Below, in pieces: positions 25,408-38,045 of a DNA stretch of 64,000 nt. The translations under genes were made by a program, and so were the position numbers. The notes beneath the pieces were generated by a model. It did no database searches. It saw only the letters and a program-made list of their open reading frames with translations, and was not told where the DNA came from. Source of the stretch: Octopus sinensis. Its lineage: Eukaryota. Positions within the stretch are counted from its first letter, which is position 1. The number at the start of each line of letters is the position of its first letter. Where the stretch lies: positions 89,528,001 through 89,592,000 of the forward strand of contig NC_042999.1 in NCBI RefSeq assembly GCF_006345805.1, in the 5' to 3' direction.

Positions 25408-25550
25408 AACGCTATGTAAATCGGTTCTCCAGGAAACTTAAAAAGCAAATTAATCGATGCAAGAAAACATGCCGGCAAAAGCGTGTGATGCGATTATTAA
25501 AACAGCTGAAACTGAAGAAAGTACGTTTCACAGAAATCTGCAAAAATTGA
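25408..25550 (+). CDS. CHRDL1: Chordin-like last coding exon (KRYVNRFSRKLKKQINRCKKTCRQKRVMRLLKQLKLKKVRFTEICKN*)
   Basis: Acceptor tttacag; in frame with the previous exon; TGA at 25548-25550. Confidence 0.82.
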
Positions 25551-25669
25551 CAAACACAAAAAAATGAGCTGACATCAACCAAAAAAGCTTTGCAATCAAA
25601 CTTTGCCTCATAGCATGTATGTTTCAGTGAAGGTGTGCAAAATGCATGTATTAGTTTGAAGCTGTCTTT

Positions 25670-25900
25670 TTCCAAGTATATATATATACATATATATATA
25701 TACATATATATATATATAAATATATATATATGTATGTATATATATATATACATACGCACACATACACATATATATACATATATACATACATATACACATA
25801 TATGTGCATGTGTTTGTATATACATACATTATGCATATACACACATGTACACACACAGATGTATATAGATTTATAGATATATGTGTGTGTGTGTGTGTAT

Positions 25901-25943
<43 letters not shown>

Positions 25944-26100
25944 TCATATATGTATGTGTGAGAGTGTGTGTATTTCTTCATGTGTGTGTGTGTATAAATA
26001 TATATATACATATATATAATATATATGTATGTATATAAGAGAATATGTAACATATGAAGTTACAAATATATATTTATATATATTTGTATGCGAATGATAA

Positions 26101-26139
<39 letters not shown>

Positions 26140-26476
26140 GTGAATGTGTATGCACATCATGTGTGTGTGAGAATGAGTATGCTTATGAATATGTGTGAGT
26201 GTAATACATTTCTGTGTATGCATACACTTTTGAACATACAGACATATAACGCAAGTAACGATGCTGTAGCTGAGAGTCATGCATATTCTGTGACAGAAAA
26301 ATACTTTACATATGTTTAGTATGGCAACATTAACGATGGACACTAAGAAGACCGCCACTTCCTTCATTGACCCACTGAACAAGCCAACAAACAGTCATAC
26401 AGACAGCCAGGCAAACAGACAAACATGCAGGTACATATTCATACAACAAAGTAATTTATGCACACCCAAAGATATA

Positions 26477-26524
<48 letters not shown>

Positions 26525-26694
26525 TATACATATATATTATATATATATACATATATATATACTTTTATATATATATACTTATATATATATACTTTATATA
26601 TATACTTATATATATATACTTATATATATATACTTATATATATATACTTATATATATATACTTATATATATATACTTATATATGTATACTTATA

Positions 26695-26728
<34 letters not shown>

Positions 26729-26755
26729 CATATATATACATATATATATATATAC

Positions 26756-26804
<49 letters not shown>

Positions 26805-26815
26805 CATATATATAC

Positions 26816-26868
<53 letters not shown>

Positions 26869-26880
26869 CATACATATAAA
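25670..26880. repeat. Compound (TA)/(CA) microsatellite blocks and a ~14-bp TATATATATATACT minisatellite just after the chordin-like stop
   Basis: Read directly from the sequence. Similar blocks lie at 29110-29170, 29570-29840 and 57930-58040. Confidence 0.9.
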
Positions 26881-29106
26881 AGCAAACAAACATATGTACC
26901 TGTGCAAATTTACAGACTCCAAAAGGAACACACTAACATATGTGTGAAGGTATAGACATATACATATGAAAGTCAATGTTCAGCAGTATACAAATGTATA
27001 ATAAGAAACATTAAAACAGTGAATGGAACCTTCAAAAAAATATTACAACACTATATATGTATATGCACTCATTGTGTGTGAAAATATTTGTAAGTAAGAC
27101 AGAGTGTACTTTCAAATTTAAATTTCAGATGATTAATTCATCAGAGACACAAGTAACTGTGGACATAATCGCCAAAAGATTTTAAAAGAAATTATTAATG
27201 TAGATATGTCGCTGTTTGGTATCACAAATGAAATGTAACAAATTGAAGAAAAAAAAAACATGAAATAGAGAATGGAATCAAATATTTACTTTGTAAATAT
27301 ATTTCTCCTTCATTGCATTATAAGATGAAAATTGATTGACTATTTCAAAGACAGTATTATTAACAAAATTTAGAATGGTTCAGAATATGTTGCTTAGAAA
27401 AACCACACAGTAATATGTTGATCTGATAATGAAAACAAATAATTATGCTATATGAATTGATACAATAATATATACAAGTGAAACAATCAGAAGGTAAGGG
27501 CTATTGATTTAGTACCTGTTAAGAAATCATGAGATAGAAATATATAGATGATATATATATATATGAGCCATAGATTACATACAAGCATATATGCATACAT
27601 ATATACAAATATATATATATATCTGTATGTGTGTATGTATGTGTATATATGTTTGCATGTGTATTTACTATATAATGAATATGACAGTATTATTTATATT
27701 CAGGCTACTACTAGTTTCATGTAAGATGCAAACACTATGCAGTTCTGTGAATATTTTACATTCATCAGGTTCGTTTGAGTAACCTACCTACTTTCTCACT
27801 TCTTGTATATGGTGAGAATACATGAGAAAATATGAGACTATAATCAATTCATTTGATTATTGCTTTCAATATTTTAGATTTATATTATTCTCCATCGTTG
27901 TTGCTTATTTTTGTTTCTTTTAAATTTATTAGCATTCATAGTAAGAGTCATGCTATATAATTTTTAATGTTCCTGGGCCCCTGGGCCTTACATGTTTTGC
28001 ATCACAACTTTTCACAGACTTTCTCATCTCAGATATATCAAAGAGTAGCAATCCTGAATAACTCATCTGATATTTAGACAAATCTGTTAATTGTAGAATA
28101 TTTCTGACAGGCATGGTGTTTGCTACTTACATAAATCTAGTGGTAACCTGTAAATGAAAAATTGTTCTATACTAATTATAAAAGAATATAATTCACTCTT
28201 CATTCAAAACTGAGTTCTCTCAATGTCTGGTGACATACAAAATACAATATATATGTATGTACATGTGTTTGTAGTGTATGTATATCAATGTGTGTTTTCA
28301 TGTATAGTTACATATAAAAAGTGTTAAAAATGAACTAGAAGGTTATGCAGTACATTTAAGAATCACAAATATTTTACTTTTAGATGGATAATGTTGACAA
28401 ACTTCTCAGTTGCCTTCTTCACATGGAAAATATTTTTTGGCTTACCAATCATTTTTATATCTTTTTTGCTTCATCTTGTGGATGGGGCATTATTTCACTT
28501 CTTTTTTCTGCTCTCATTTTTAAAATATCCTCAAGAATGTTTCCTTACATGTCATAAATACAAACTTTTGAACCATACTTACTTCCCAACTACTCTGCTC
28601 CCACACATGATGAACACAAAAATATATAAAACCTGGAAAATCAAAATCACTTTATAGTCAAATGGAAACACTGAGCCAAAAATTCGATGTCGACATTTTT
28701 CTTTGTAGAAAATGTATGCGTGTGTATGTATGTGTATGTATGTGTGTGCGTGTGTATGTAAATATATATGTGTGTGTTGGTTGGAAAATATATACATTTG
28801 CATATGTGAATATTAGTAGGTTTGTGTATGGATAACACAGATGCATGTGTGTGTGTGTGTGTGTGTGTATGTGTGTGCATGTGTGTGCGTGTATGCATGA
28901 ATACATATACACACACACAACAATCATATTTATGACTGTCAAAATGCTAAATTTTGTTAAGTTGTATATTTTTTCATAGAAAATCAAACTATAGATACAT
29001 CTTGTGAAAGGATAAATGTTAGCACCAAATTTTTAGCCTTTGCATCATTATCAACCTATTTACACGATGTGATCATTTGATCTTATATACAAAACAATCC
29101 TTCTCA

Positions 29107-29168
<62 letters not shown>

Positions 29169-29574
29169 AATTGTTTGTAGGGGCACCATATTTCATTTGC
29201 AACCATAGTATACTACCAAATATATTATAGGTTTATTAGTTAATATGTGTCCTACTTTTGTATTAGCAGTGTGTTATTTTCATTCTTTAGTTTATCTCTA
29301 CAGATTTTCTAAAGAATTTAGAGCTAGGACAGAAAGTTATATGTCATGTACAAATACATTTGTGTAAATAATGCCATCTATTTTTCTATCTTTGATCACA
29401 TTGTTTACAAAGATGTATTTGTATATGAAACATTACAACTTTTAATGCTGGTTCTAAATTCTGTAAAGAATCTGTAGAGATGAACTTAAATATATATATA
29501 AATTCATGTAGGTGGATAAATATATATACATATGCATATGTGTATGAATATATGTGGGTATGTGCATGTGTATG

Positions 29575-29633
<59 letters not shown>

Positions 29634-30129
29634 CACATATATATATACATGTATGTTATATATATGTGTGTGTATGTATGTATATATATATACATATATA
29701 TACATGTATGTATATTATATATATGTGTATGTATATATATATACATATATACATGCATGTACGTTTTATATATATATATATACACACACATATATATACA
29801 TGTATATATGCTCTGTGTGTGTGTGTGCATATATATATATATGTACATACTGTGTATGATGTGGCAATCATTCAAGCTCAAATAACATTGCTATTCTATG
29901 AGGAAAATCAAGAAAAAAAAACAAATTACAAGAAAAAATTAGAAGAAAACCTTAAGAGAAATGTGAGGGTAAAGATTATTTCCCTTTAACCATTCAAATG
30001 AAACATCATTTATATTGAGTGCTACATCTAAAAAAAGAACTATGCCTAGTGAGGTAGTCAAATGTAGGACAGGCTAAAATGTGTTAAACTGTGTGTTATA
30101 TCTTGTGATTGAGAGGTATCCTCCAGTGC

Positions 30130-30440
30130 AGTAACAGAAACTTGTTGAGATGCATACATTTTGTAAAAAGCTTCGATCTCAAATTTCGAATGTTGATGCA
30201 GTTCTTCTATCTGATGAGGACATGTTTTCCTTTTTGACTCAATAATGTATAACCTAGGTCTTTCTTTCTATAATACTCCATTTAATGGTGTGTAGTATGT
30301 TGCTGTTCTTTCAGTTCCATTTGTGGCTTGCTAGATGTGTTCTTTTCTTTTTGCCTACATGCTAAAAAGAAGACTGGTGGCTGGCACATCTCTTTTTGAA
30401 ATCACTTTTGTACAGTCCAATATATTTTTTCTTTCAGTTC
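30130..30440 (-). mobile_element. Penelope-like element GIY-YIG C-terminal remnant (degraded)
   Basis: The minus strand reads FKKRCASHQSSF, LASHKWN, TIKWSII and KLFTKCMHLNKFLL, resembling the PLE FKxRYxNHxxSF...LSxHIWxLK...CRHxNK motifs. Confidence 0.6.
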
Positions 30441-31529
30441 CCTTATATGACAGAAGATAAAAACCCTCATCTTTAGTAAGGGTTTAGCTTGTGTAATGAA
30501 ATCTCAACAAGACAAACTGTTTGATATATCGGTTTCAACATTTGGTCAGCAAGTTTGGGGGCGAGATGTAATGATTATGTTAACCCCAGTTCTCAATTGG
30601 TATTTATTTTATCGACCCTTGAAGGATAAAAGGTCAAGTTAACCTCAGCAGAATTTGAACTCAGAATGTTAAGATGGACGAAATGCCACTAAGCATTTTG
30701 TCCAGTGAGCTAATGATTCTGCAAGCTCACTGCCTTTAAGCTGTTTGATATATTGATAGGTTCAAACGACAGATCCAGCATATGTAATTTAGCAATGCTT
30801 TTTATACAAAATATCCTAAAAACTGAGTTTCCTTCCAACAATATGGATTGGGAACATCCCACAGCTGTGATATTCATACACAGGATACCTTTAGGTAAAA
30901 AAAAATCTATTTATCTTTAGTATAAATCACATTGTCACAGTAACTACAAACCTCACTAAAGTTGACTTCTCAGGTACCTCCTTGGACCTAGATTTAAACA
31001 TTTACAAGTCCTACCATAAACTAAATGGAAAACTTAGTTATATACACTAACAGCTTTGCTACTCCAATTATCTTTGGAAACTTTATAACATCAGTAATAG
31101 GGTCTCTAACTTCTCTGTTTCTAAAGAAATTTTCAATAAGACATCCTCCTTCTATTATAATATTCTGACAGGAACTTTAAAGGGAACATAACCAAACAAT
31201 AAAGAAGCCTAAAAATAACATAGGGCAAGTTATATGGTTCACTCTCTATTTCTCCTTAGGATTAATGTTGGCAAAAAAAAAAAAAAAACAATCATTCATA
31301 GATAAACATCTCCCTCATAGCCATAGATATAAGAAAATATATAGACATTCTGTGAAAGTTTCTGACAGCTGTAGCCCTAATAAAAAAAAACATTATTTCA
31401 TGTAACCAACCAAGATGACCACTCCAAATTTCAAATTCAAGAACCCAAATATTTGCTCTCTAGACAGGCACGCATGGTTAGCTCAAGTCACTTCTGTTCC
31501 ACCAAATAAGGGGATTGAAAGATGAAAAC

Positions 31530-31820
31530 AGATTAGAATGTGGAAAAGTGAGAAAGAGATTCAAAATGAGATATGCTAACCACAGGTCTTCTTTCAAGAA
31601 TGTAGACAAAAAGAAAAGCAAAAAGCTAGCAAGCCATGTATGAGAGCTGAAGAATATCACACACTAAGTGTATTTTCATAGGGAGATCTCAACAGTATAT
31701 ATATCAAAAGAAGTGCAAATTCTGATTAACTGAAAGAACATATATATTAGAACTGCACTGATCTTCTAAACACAAGATAAAAAATTTTTACAAGATGTAT
31801 GCATCTCAACAAGCTTGTTA
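31530..31820 (+). mobile_element. Penelope-like element GIY-YIG C-terminal remnant (degraded)
   Basis: Reads FKMRYANHRSSF, KLASHV and LLNTR*KIFTRCMHLNK; shares TGTATGCATCTCAACAAG with the inverted copy. Confidence 0.6.
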
Positions 31821-32359
31821 TTATAGATTATCAGATATATAGTTTAACAAACTTTAACCTGTCTTCCATTCGACCATCACCAGACTGTTTAAGTGTTTTT
31901 ACATGTAAAACACATTAATGATATATTTTAATTAATGGATTAATAGGCTATAACCTTTATTCTTTTTTCCCTGTAACAATTTCTGGTCTTTCTCTGTCAC
32001 ATTTCCTCACAAAGTAGCCAGCCCATCCTATTACGGCAGTCTCCAAGCTCAAAACTTGAAGTAGCTCATATAAAACTATTTCTGCATTTATCAAATGCAT
32101 TAATTGTATGTATGTATATGTATTTATATATGTATGTGTGTGTGTGTGTATATGTATGTAGAGTATTTCATGTGATGTACAGATATTGTATATTGAGAAA
32201 AAGGAAGCAGTCAGAATTTTGGATAATTTTTTATTAGTGCTTTCATTCATTTATTGAACTCACCAAGACAAAATCATTTTGATTTTGTTTTGACGAGTTT
32301 GATAAATGAATGAAAGCACTAATAAAGAATTATCCAAAATTCTGACTGCCTCTTTTTCT

Positions 32360-32394
<35 letters not shown>

Positions 32395-33595
32395 TATAAT
32401 ACACACACGCACTCAGATACATACATATATTTGTTGTTGATGTGTGTGTGTGTGTGTGTGTGTGAGCAAATGTTTTTCCATAAATGTTTAAATGTGTGTA
32501 TTATATGTGTATATATACTACATATAACAATTTTGTTATTTAACATCCATGTTCTATGCTTATATATATATGTATGTATGTATGTGTGTATGTATGTGTG
32601 TATGTATGTATATAGATAGATAGATTGATAGATCAATAGATAGATGTATATGTACATTCACACACGTTGATATAGATGTATGTATATGTATTTACATATG
32701 CGCATGGATGTGCATATGTATATGTGTGTGTGTGAGAGAGAGAGAATACATAAGCATATTATATATACATATATACACATGTATGTACATATATATGTAT
32801 GCATGTTTTTATGTAAGTATACAGATAAATAGATAGATATACAAACACATACACACATACATGAACACACACACAAAATTTTAGAATGAATGAATAGCAA
32901 ATTACCTTTGGTTTCTTTCACATAGATAAAAAAAAACAAAAGCTTACAGAATATTTAAAAAGTTGCATTTAATCCAACAATTGAATTATACCATTGTTGA
33001 ATTCTATCATGTTCTTATTGTCTTATTTATAACTGAAATCTCTCTCCCCAAGAAATCCACTTTATTTATTAAACATGAAAGAAAAATCATAATTATATTG
33101 ATAAATATAATGAGATTTAATTACTGTGTTGTTCAATTTGCTTATTCTTATTTATTAATTTTTAATGTTGTTATTGCATTGTTTTTATAATATTTCTAAA
33201 ATATTTCAAAGAATTAGCAGATAGAGTGCCAGATTTTTCTTTTGAAGCAATCTAATTGTGGACATTTTTATGATCAGATGTATCTATTTATTGGCTTATC
33301 AGCCTATATATACATATATATAAAAGAAAATTGACAAAGAAATCTTCATTGTTGTCTATTAAATCTGGCCACAGTTACCTTTTAATAGATGCAGCAGTGC
33401 AGTGTCTAACCAAGTCATAGATTTACAATTAAATCTTTGGACACTTTATAGTATATAATACAATTACAAAGTAAAAATAAAAGTTAATGATAATGATATA
33501 TGTGTGTTTTAAATGACTATAATGATTCTGTTAAGAAGCACATTTTTCGGTTTTAATATGTTGTTTCATCTCACAATGCATGACAAATAGTTAAC

Positions 33596-33635
<40 letters not shown>

Positions 33636-33636
<1 letters not shown>

Positions 33637-33848
33637 CAGGGGGCACTGCAAAGTTCCTGGCTTTAAGGGTATCACAAGAAGCCTGGTTGGAGACCCAGCC
33701 TTCCAAGTTCTCTTACAGGGCTTAGAAAAACTGAAAGACCACTACATTGTGTGAATCTGAGAGGGGAATATAATAAATAAAATCATAATTAACTGATCCT
33801 CCTGTATTCTCTTTTGCCCAAAGCCAGGAACTTATGTACACACACACA
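33636..33848 (+). mobile_element. Mariner-derived MITE
   Basis: Terminal inverted repeat AAGTTCCTGGCTTT / AAAGCCAGGAACTT; internal sequence resembles a mariner C-terminus (..LRGEY); inserted in (TA)n. Confidence 0.6.
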
Positions 33849-34676
33849 TGTATTCTTTATAACAAAATATATTAAATATGTTCTGGACCGATTTTGTTCC
33901 ATTTATAAAATGAATCATCAGCAAATAATAAATGAATTAAAATTATTCATTGTATGAAATTCTGCAATTTATAAAACTTAAAACTTTTCAGACTCGAAGA
34001 AGATACAATTTCATGAATGTACAAGCCAATGTAATCATTGAACGTAGTGTTTCCTTCACAAGGAAATGTTTGTGAATTAAGCATAATCTTGTATAGCCTT
34101 AGGATTGCATTATAAAGCAATAACTTTGTATCGATACACAATCAGTGGATGTGGGTATCATTTTAAAGTAATTGCATAAGAGAGAACTGAAATTTAAATT
34201 AGAGTATACGAAATAATGTATGTATATAATATACTGAAATACAGAAACAGGTTAGGGGTTTCAATATGATTAGGTAGACTACTTGAAATTTTCTGCATTA
34301 AAAAAGACATAAAATATATCTTGGACCAATTTAGTTATATGTTTAAAAGGAATCATCAGTGGTTACTAAAATGGTAAACATAGATATAGGGAAAATTCCA
34401 GAGAGTAATGCAATGCTCAAAGCAACAACAGTGTAAAATATCTGTTATAATTACTGTTATGGCTATTGTTTCTTCTTTATGTATTGAGTGCTTTCTTTGT
34501 CAATGTTTATAAATATATGTATCTACCCTTCAGTCCTACTCAATATCTATAATTGTTGCCTCTCTCCCCTCTCTTCTCCAAATCCTCCATTTCTTCCCCC
34601 CCCCCTATACACTTTTGCAACTATTCATACACCAACACTCCTAGTTCCTTCTTGTAAAAATCAAGAACATTATATA

Positions 34677-35561
34677 CAAGGTGATATCAAAAAGTTCCTA
34701 GACTAGTTCAGTAGTGTGCCAACAGATGGCAGCACACAGTTGCATGTGCAATGAGAGCTAGCAATGACCTTCATGACGTAGTGTGCCAAGTGACATTGCT
34801 GTGTTAACTTTGCAAGTTATGAAATTTGTGTTTTTGTGATCAGGTGTATGCTGTAGTCTGTGATTTTTGTCATGGAAAGGAAGTTGGAACAAAGAGCCAG
34901 GAAATTTTGCATTAAACTTGGGAAGTCTGTTACAGAGACTTTGAGCATGTTTAGGCAAACTTATGGCAATGAGGCAATGGGTAATACACAATGTTTCAGG
35001 TGCTTCAAAAGTAGAAGAATGTCCCTGGAAGACAATGAGCAATCTGGAAGACTGACCATGAGCATCACCTCCAGAAATGTAGAGAAAATTCATCAGCTTA
35101 TGCATAAAGATCGTTGGAAGACAATCAACTACATTGCTGATGCTGTTGGTCTGTTGTATGCGAGCAATCCTAACATGAAGATTTTTCACAATGGCAATGC
35201 ACCCTGTCACTGAGCTCTCTTCACTCATGAGTTTTTTGCCAAAAACATGGTATCACTTTCACACTCGTACTATATGTCAGATTTAGCACCTGCAGACTTC
35301 CATCTCTTCCCCAAGATGAAAATGCAGCTCAAAGGTTGCTATTTTAATACCATTGTCAAGATCAAGAGTGAATCACAGAAGGTCACTGACTCATGTATGG
35401 AAAACGACTTCCAGGCCGAATTCCAAAAGTAGCAGGAACACTGGGACCAGTGTATTGCTACGCAAAGTGAGTATTTCAAAGGAGATGATGTTAAAACTTA
35501 GGTAAATAAGTTATTTTTTTTATTAAACATAATGGGTCAAGAACTCTTTGACACCACCTCA
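34677..35561 (+). mobile_element. Internally deleted mariner transposon
   Basis: TA-flanked inverted termini CAAGGTGATATCAAAAAGTTC / GAACTCTTTGACACCACCTCA. N-terminal HTH (KFCIKLGKSVTETLSMFRQTYG), HNGNAPCH and YYMSDLAPADFHLFPKMK (the YSPDLAP motif). Confidence 0.85.
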
Positions 35562-36133
35562 TATCAAAAGTGTTTTGTTAGATTACAGTATCATTGTTCA
35601 ATAAATTTTTTCAGCCTTTTACAGGAAAATAGTATTAATGACCAGCTCAAAGTATTGATATACTGTTTGTAAATATACAGAAAGATTAAAACAGCTATCG
35701 ATAACTTCTAAACTGACTTCTACATATGCTGAAAATCAAACATAACAAAGCAGATTAGCAAACAATAAATAACGATCACAGCCTTTGTTTTTTTTTTTAC
35801 TGAAATTTTAACCATCGATTTATTTCACCATAATAGATAATTAAATAAACAAATTAAAATGGTAAACAGTTTGAGTCAATGTAATAAATTGTCACTCATC
35901 ACAGATCCACTTCCAAAACATTTTAAATAAACATTGTTTGGAATGAATTTTATTGTAACATGTAAGAAGTGTTTTCAACCCAGTGAGGTTAAGAAAGAAA
36001 CAAAAATGCTCAAAATGAGTTTGCATGGATTTCCTCATTAAAGTCTTTTATTACAAGATTAAATTCAGGTCCCTCATATTAAAAGAAAATTATTTGCAAC
36101 AGAGCCAGTCTGAGTCCCATTGAAGAGCAATTA

Positions 36134-36163
36134 TTATTTGCTAGAAGATAGTAATAAATTTAT
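36134..36163 (-). CDS. COG3: COG3 terminal coding exon (INLLLSSSK*)
   Basis: Strong pyrimidine tract plus ttgcag; 30 nt ending in TAA; resembles the vertebrate terminal LSLLLSVSK*. A candidate AATAAA lies on the minus strand at 36047-36052. Confidence 0.8.
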   Translation of the reverse strand: MNLLLSSSK

Positions 36164-37946
36164 CTGCAATAAAAAAAAAAGAAAATATCAATGTTGGCAT
36201 AAGCACATAGAAAAGTTTATTTTGGCACAAAAGTAATCAATACACAACAGAGCCAATGAAAGAATCACTATATAGTTGCTCAATAAACTAGAGATAGCAG
36301 CCAAATCTCTCTCAAATTCCAGACTATCATCTACACTCGTCAATGTAGTCCCAGGTATATATAAAAGCTTGAGAGAGTCATGGCTGGAATGATTTTCAAC
36401 ATAGGTCTGCTTGATACAAGCTAAATCTGGAGCTAAACAATAAGACAATAGCAATAAAAACAAATTAAATTGCTGTTGGGAAGGGAATCCAGCCATAGAA
36501 ACTATGCCAGAGACAATTGGGGTCTGGACAGTTCCCCAACTGGCCCGCTCCATGTCAAACAGTCCAACCCATGCCAGCAGGGAAAACTGATGTTAAATGA
36601 TGATAATGACAATAAGTAAATCTTGTAACTTTCCAATAATGGCTTTTTTTCAACAGTACAATGATATAACATATTAAAAGAAAAGGTGTACAGAAAGACA
36701 AAGAGCTTACCGATAGTTTTTACAATCACAGGTGGAATAATGCTTTATGACTAAATAAAATTTGATACATAGAAACCATGCAAAAGTATATAACATTATC
36801 ATCATCACTATTTAAATCCATGTTTCATGCTGGCATGGGTTGGATGGTTTGACAGGACCCAACTGGTCTGAAGACTGCATCATGCTTCAGTGTCTGGATG
36901 CCCTTCTAAATACCAATTACTTCACAACATTTCTGAGTGCTTTGTTTGAGTCAGGTCACCATGCAGCCAGTAAAACTAAAATACTCTTCGACAGAGTAGA
37001 CTACAGTAGAGAGGAAGACAGCTTTATGCTCTTGGTTGAAGGGTTAAAGTGTGAAAGGAGGGTCCACTACTGAAGGAGTTTCTTGCTGCAGGTAAGCTTC
37101 ACAGCTACTCACATTATAGAACAGAGAGGAAGAGTGGTTGGGGTGGAACAGAAAAGTGATAAAAATAGTGAAGATTAGATATATGAGTGGATCCTCAATA
37201 TATGGGGTAAGTAGCAGAGAGAGAGGGGGGATAGGGAGAGAGAGGAGAGAGAGAGAGAGAGATTCAGCCAGGCAGGCAGACAGGTAAGGTGGATAGAGAT
37301 AGAGATATATACATACACTACATACACGTACATACACACACACTGTGGTTAAGAAATTTGCTTCCCAACCCTGTGGTCTTGGGTTTAGTCCCATTGTGTG
37401 GTCAGTGCAGGCTTTCACAATATAGCCTGGACTGACCAAAGCCTTGTGAATGGATTTGCTAAACAAAAACTGAAGGATGTGTGTGTGTGGGGGGGGTGTC
37501 TCTCTCTCTCTCTCTTTCTCTCTCTATCTTGATAATGATCATCATCACCATTTAACGTCTTCCTTTCATGCTGGCATGGGTTGGACTTGATATCGTACGA
37601 TAATTGTAGATGAATGTCACCATCATACAAACAGAGCCATTCATTTCCATTCTTCTGCGAAAACATGTCTAAGTCATGGGGAAATGTTATCTTGCTTGGA
37701 AGCAAGTGAGAACTAGCAACAGTGAAAGCATCTGGCCATAGAAAATTTACATCAACACATTCAATCTGACCCACACAAACATGGGAAAGAAGATATTAAA
37801 ATGGTGTTGTTGATGATGATGATGATGATGATGATGATTATGCAAATTTATTACCCAGTATTCATTTCATAATTCAACTTCCTGTTGGAAATTAAAGATA
37901 AACTTTCGATGTTAAAAAGTTTATTTACTGAAGAAAGAAGTTGTAC

Positions 37947-38045
37947 CTGTTCTATAGAAGGGCACGCCACAATTTGTTTGTCTTCTTCTGTATATTCCGA
38001 GTTCAGAAGCTGAGCAAGTTGCTGGTAAGTTTGCTGTACACTCAC
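37947..38045 (-). CDS. COG3: COG3 penultimate coding exon (VSVQQTYQQLAQLLNSEYTEEDKQIVACPSIEQ)
   Basis: 99 nt; acceptor ttttttatag; weak donor CAG|GTACAA. Confidence 0.88.

Larger units (their letters stand above)
1808..25550 (+). other. CHRDL1: Chordin-like gene (CHRDL1/2 co-orthologue), 5'-incomplete; join(1808-1917,3453-3552,7215-7360,9432-9525,14962-15024,16113-16172,17222-17325,21658-21766,23871-24101,24192-24284,25408-25550)
   Basis: All 10 introns are GT-AG with compatible phases (0,1,0,1,1,1,0,1,1,1). The exons join into one 1253-nt open frame ending in TGA. The architecture is three VWC domains plus a C-terminal domain. VWC1 and VWC3 have GxTWHPVLxPFG and VWC2 has YEHGDIF...NQCVMCICSKGRILCHLKTC, matching the vertebrate CHRDL1/2 pattern as I recall it. 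Confidence 0.88.

Noticed and set aside
25608-29989. Many YI/HT/CV-rich ORFs (also near 6.7-7.8, 22.4-22.7, 32.3-32.9 and 57.5-58.5 kb)
   Set aside because: They are artefacts of (TA)n, (CA)n and (TACA)n repeats, which lack stop codons in several frames.
31478-32250. Possible third gene between the two convergent genes
   Set aside because: The open frames there are explained by Penelope remnants and microsatellites; I found no phase-compatible exon chain.
36188-36553. 121-aa minus-strand ORF in the last COG3 intron
   Set aside because: It has no recognisable domain, begins within a SINE remnant and has no supporting splice signals.
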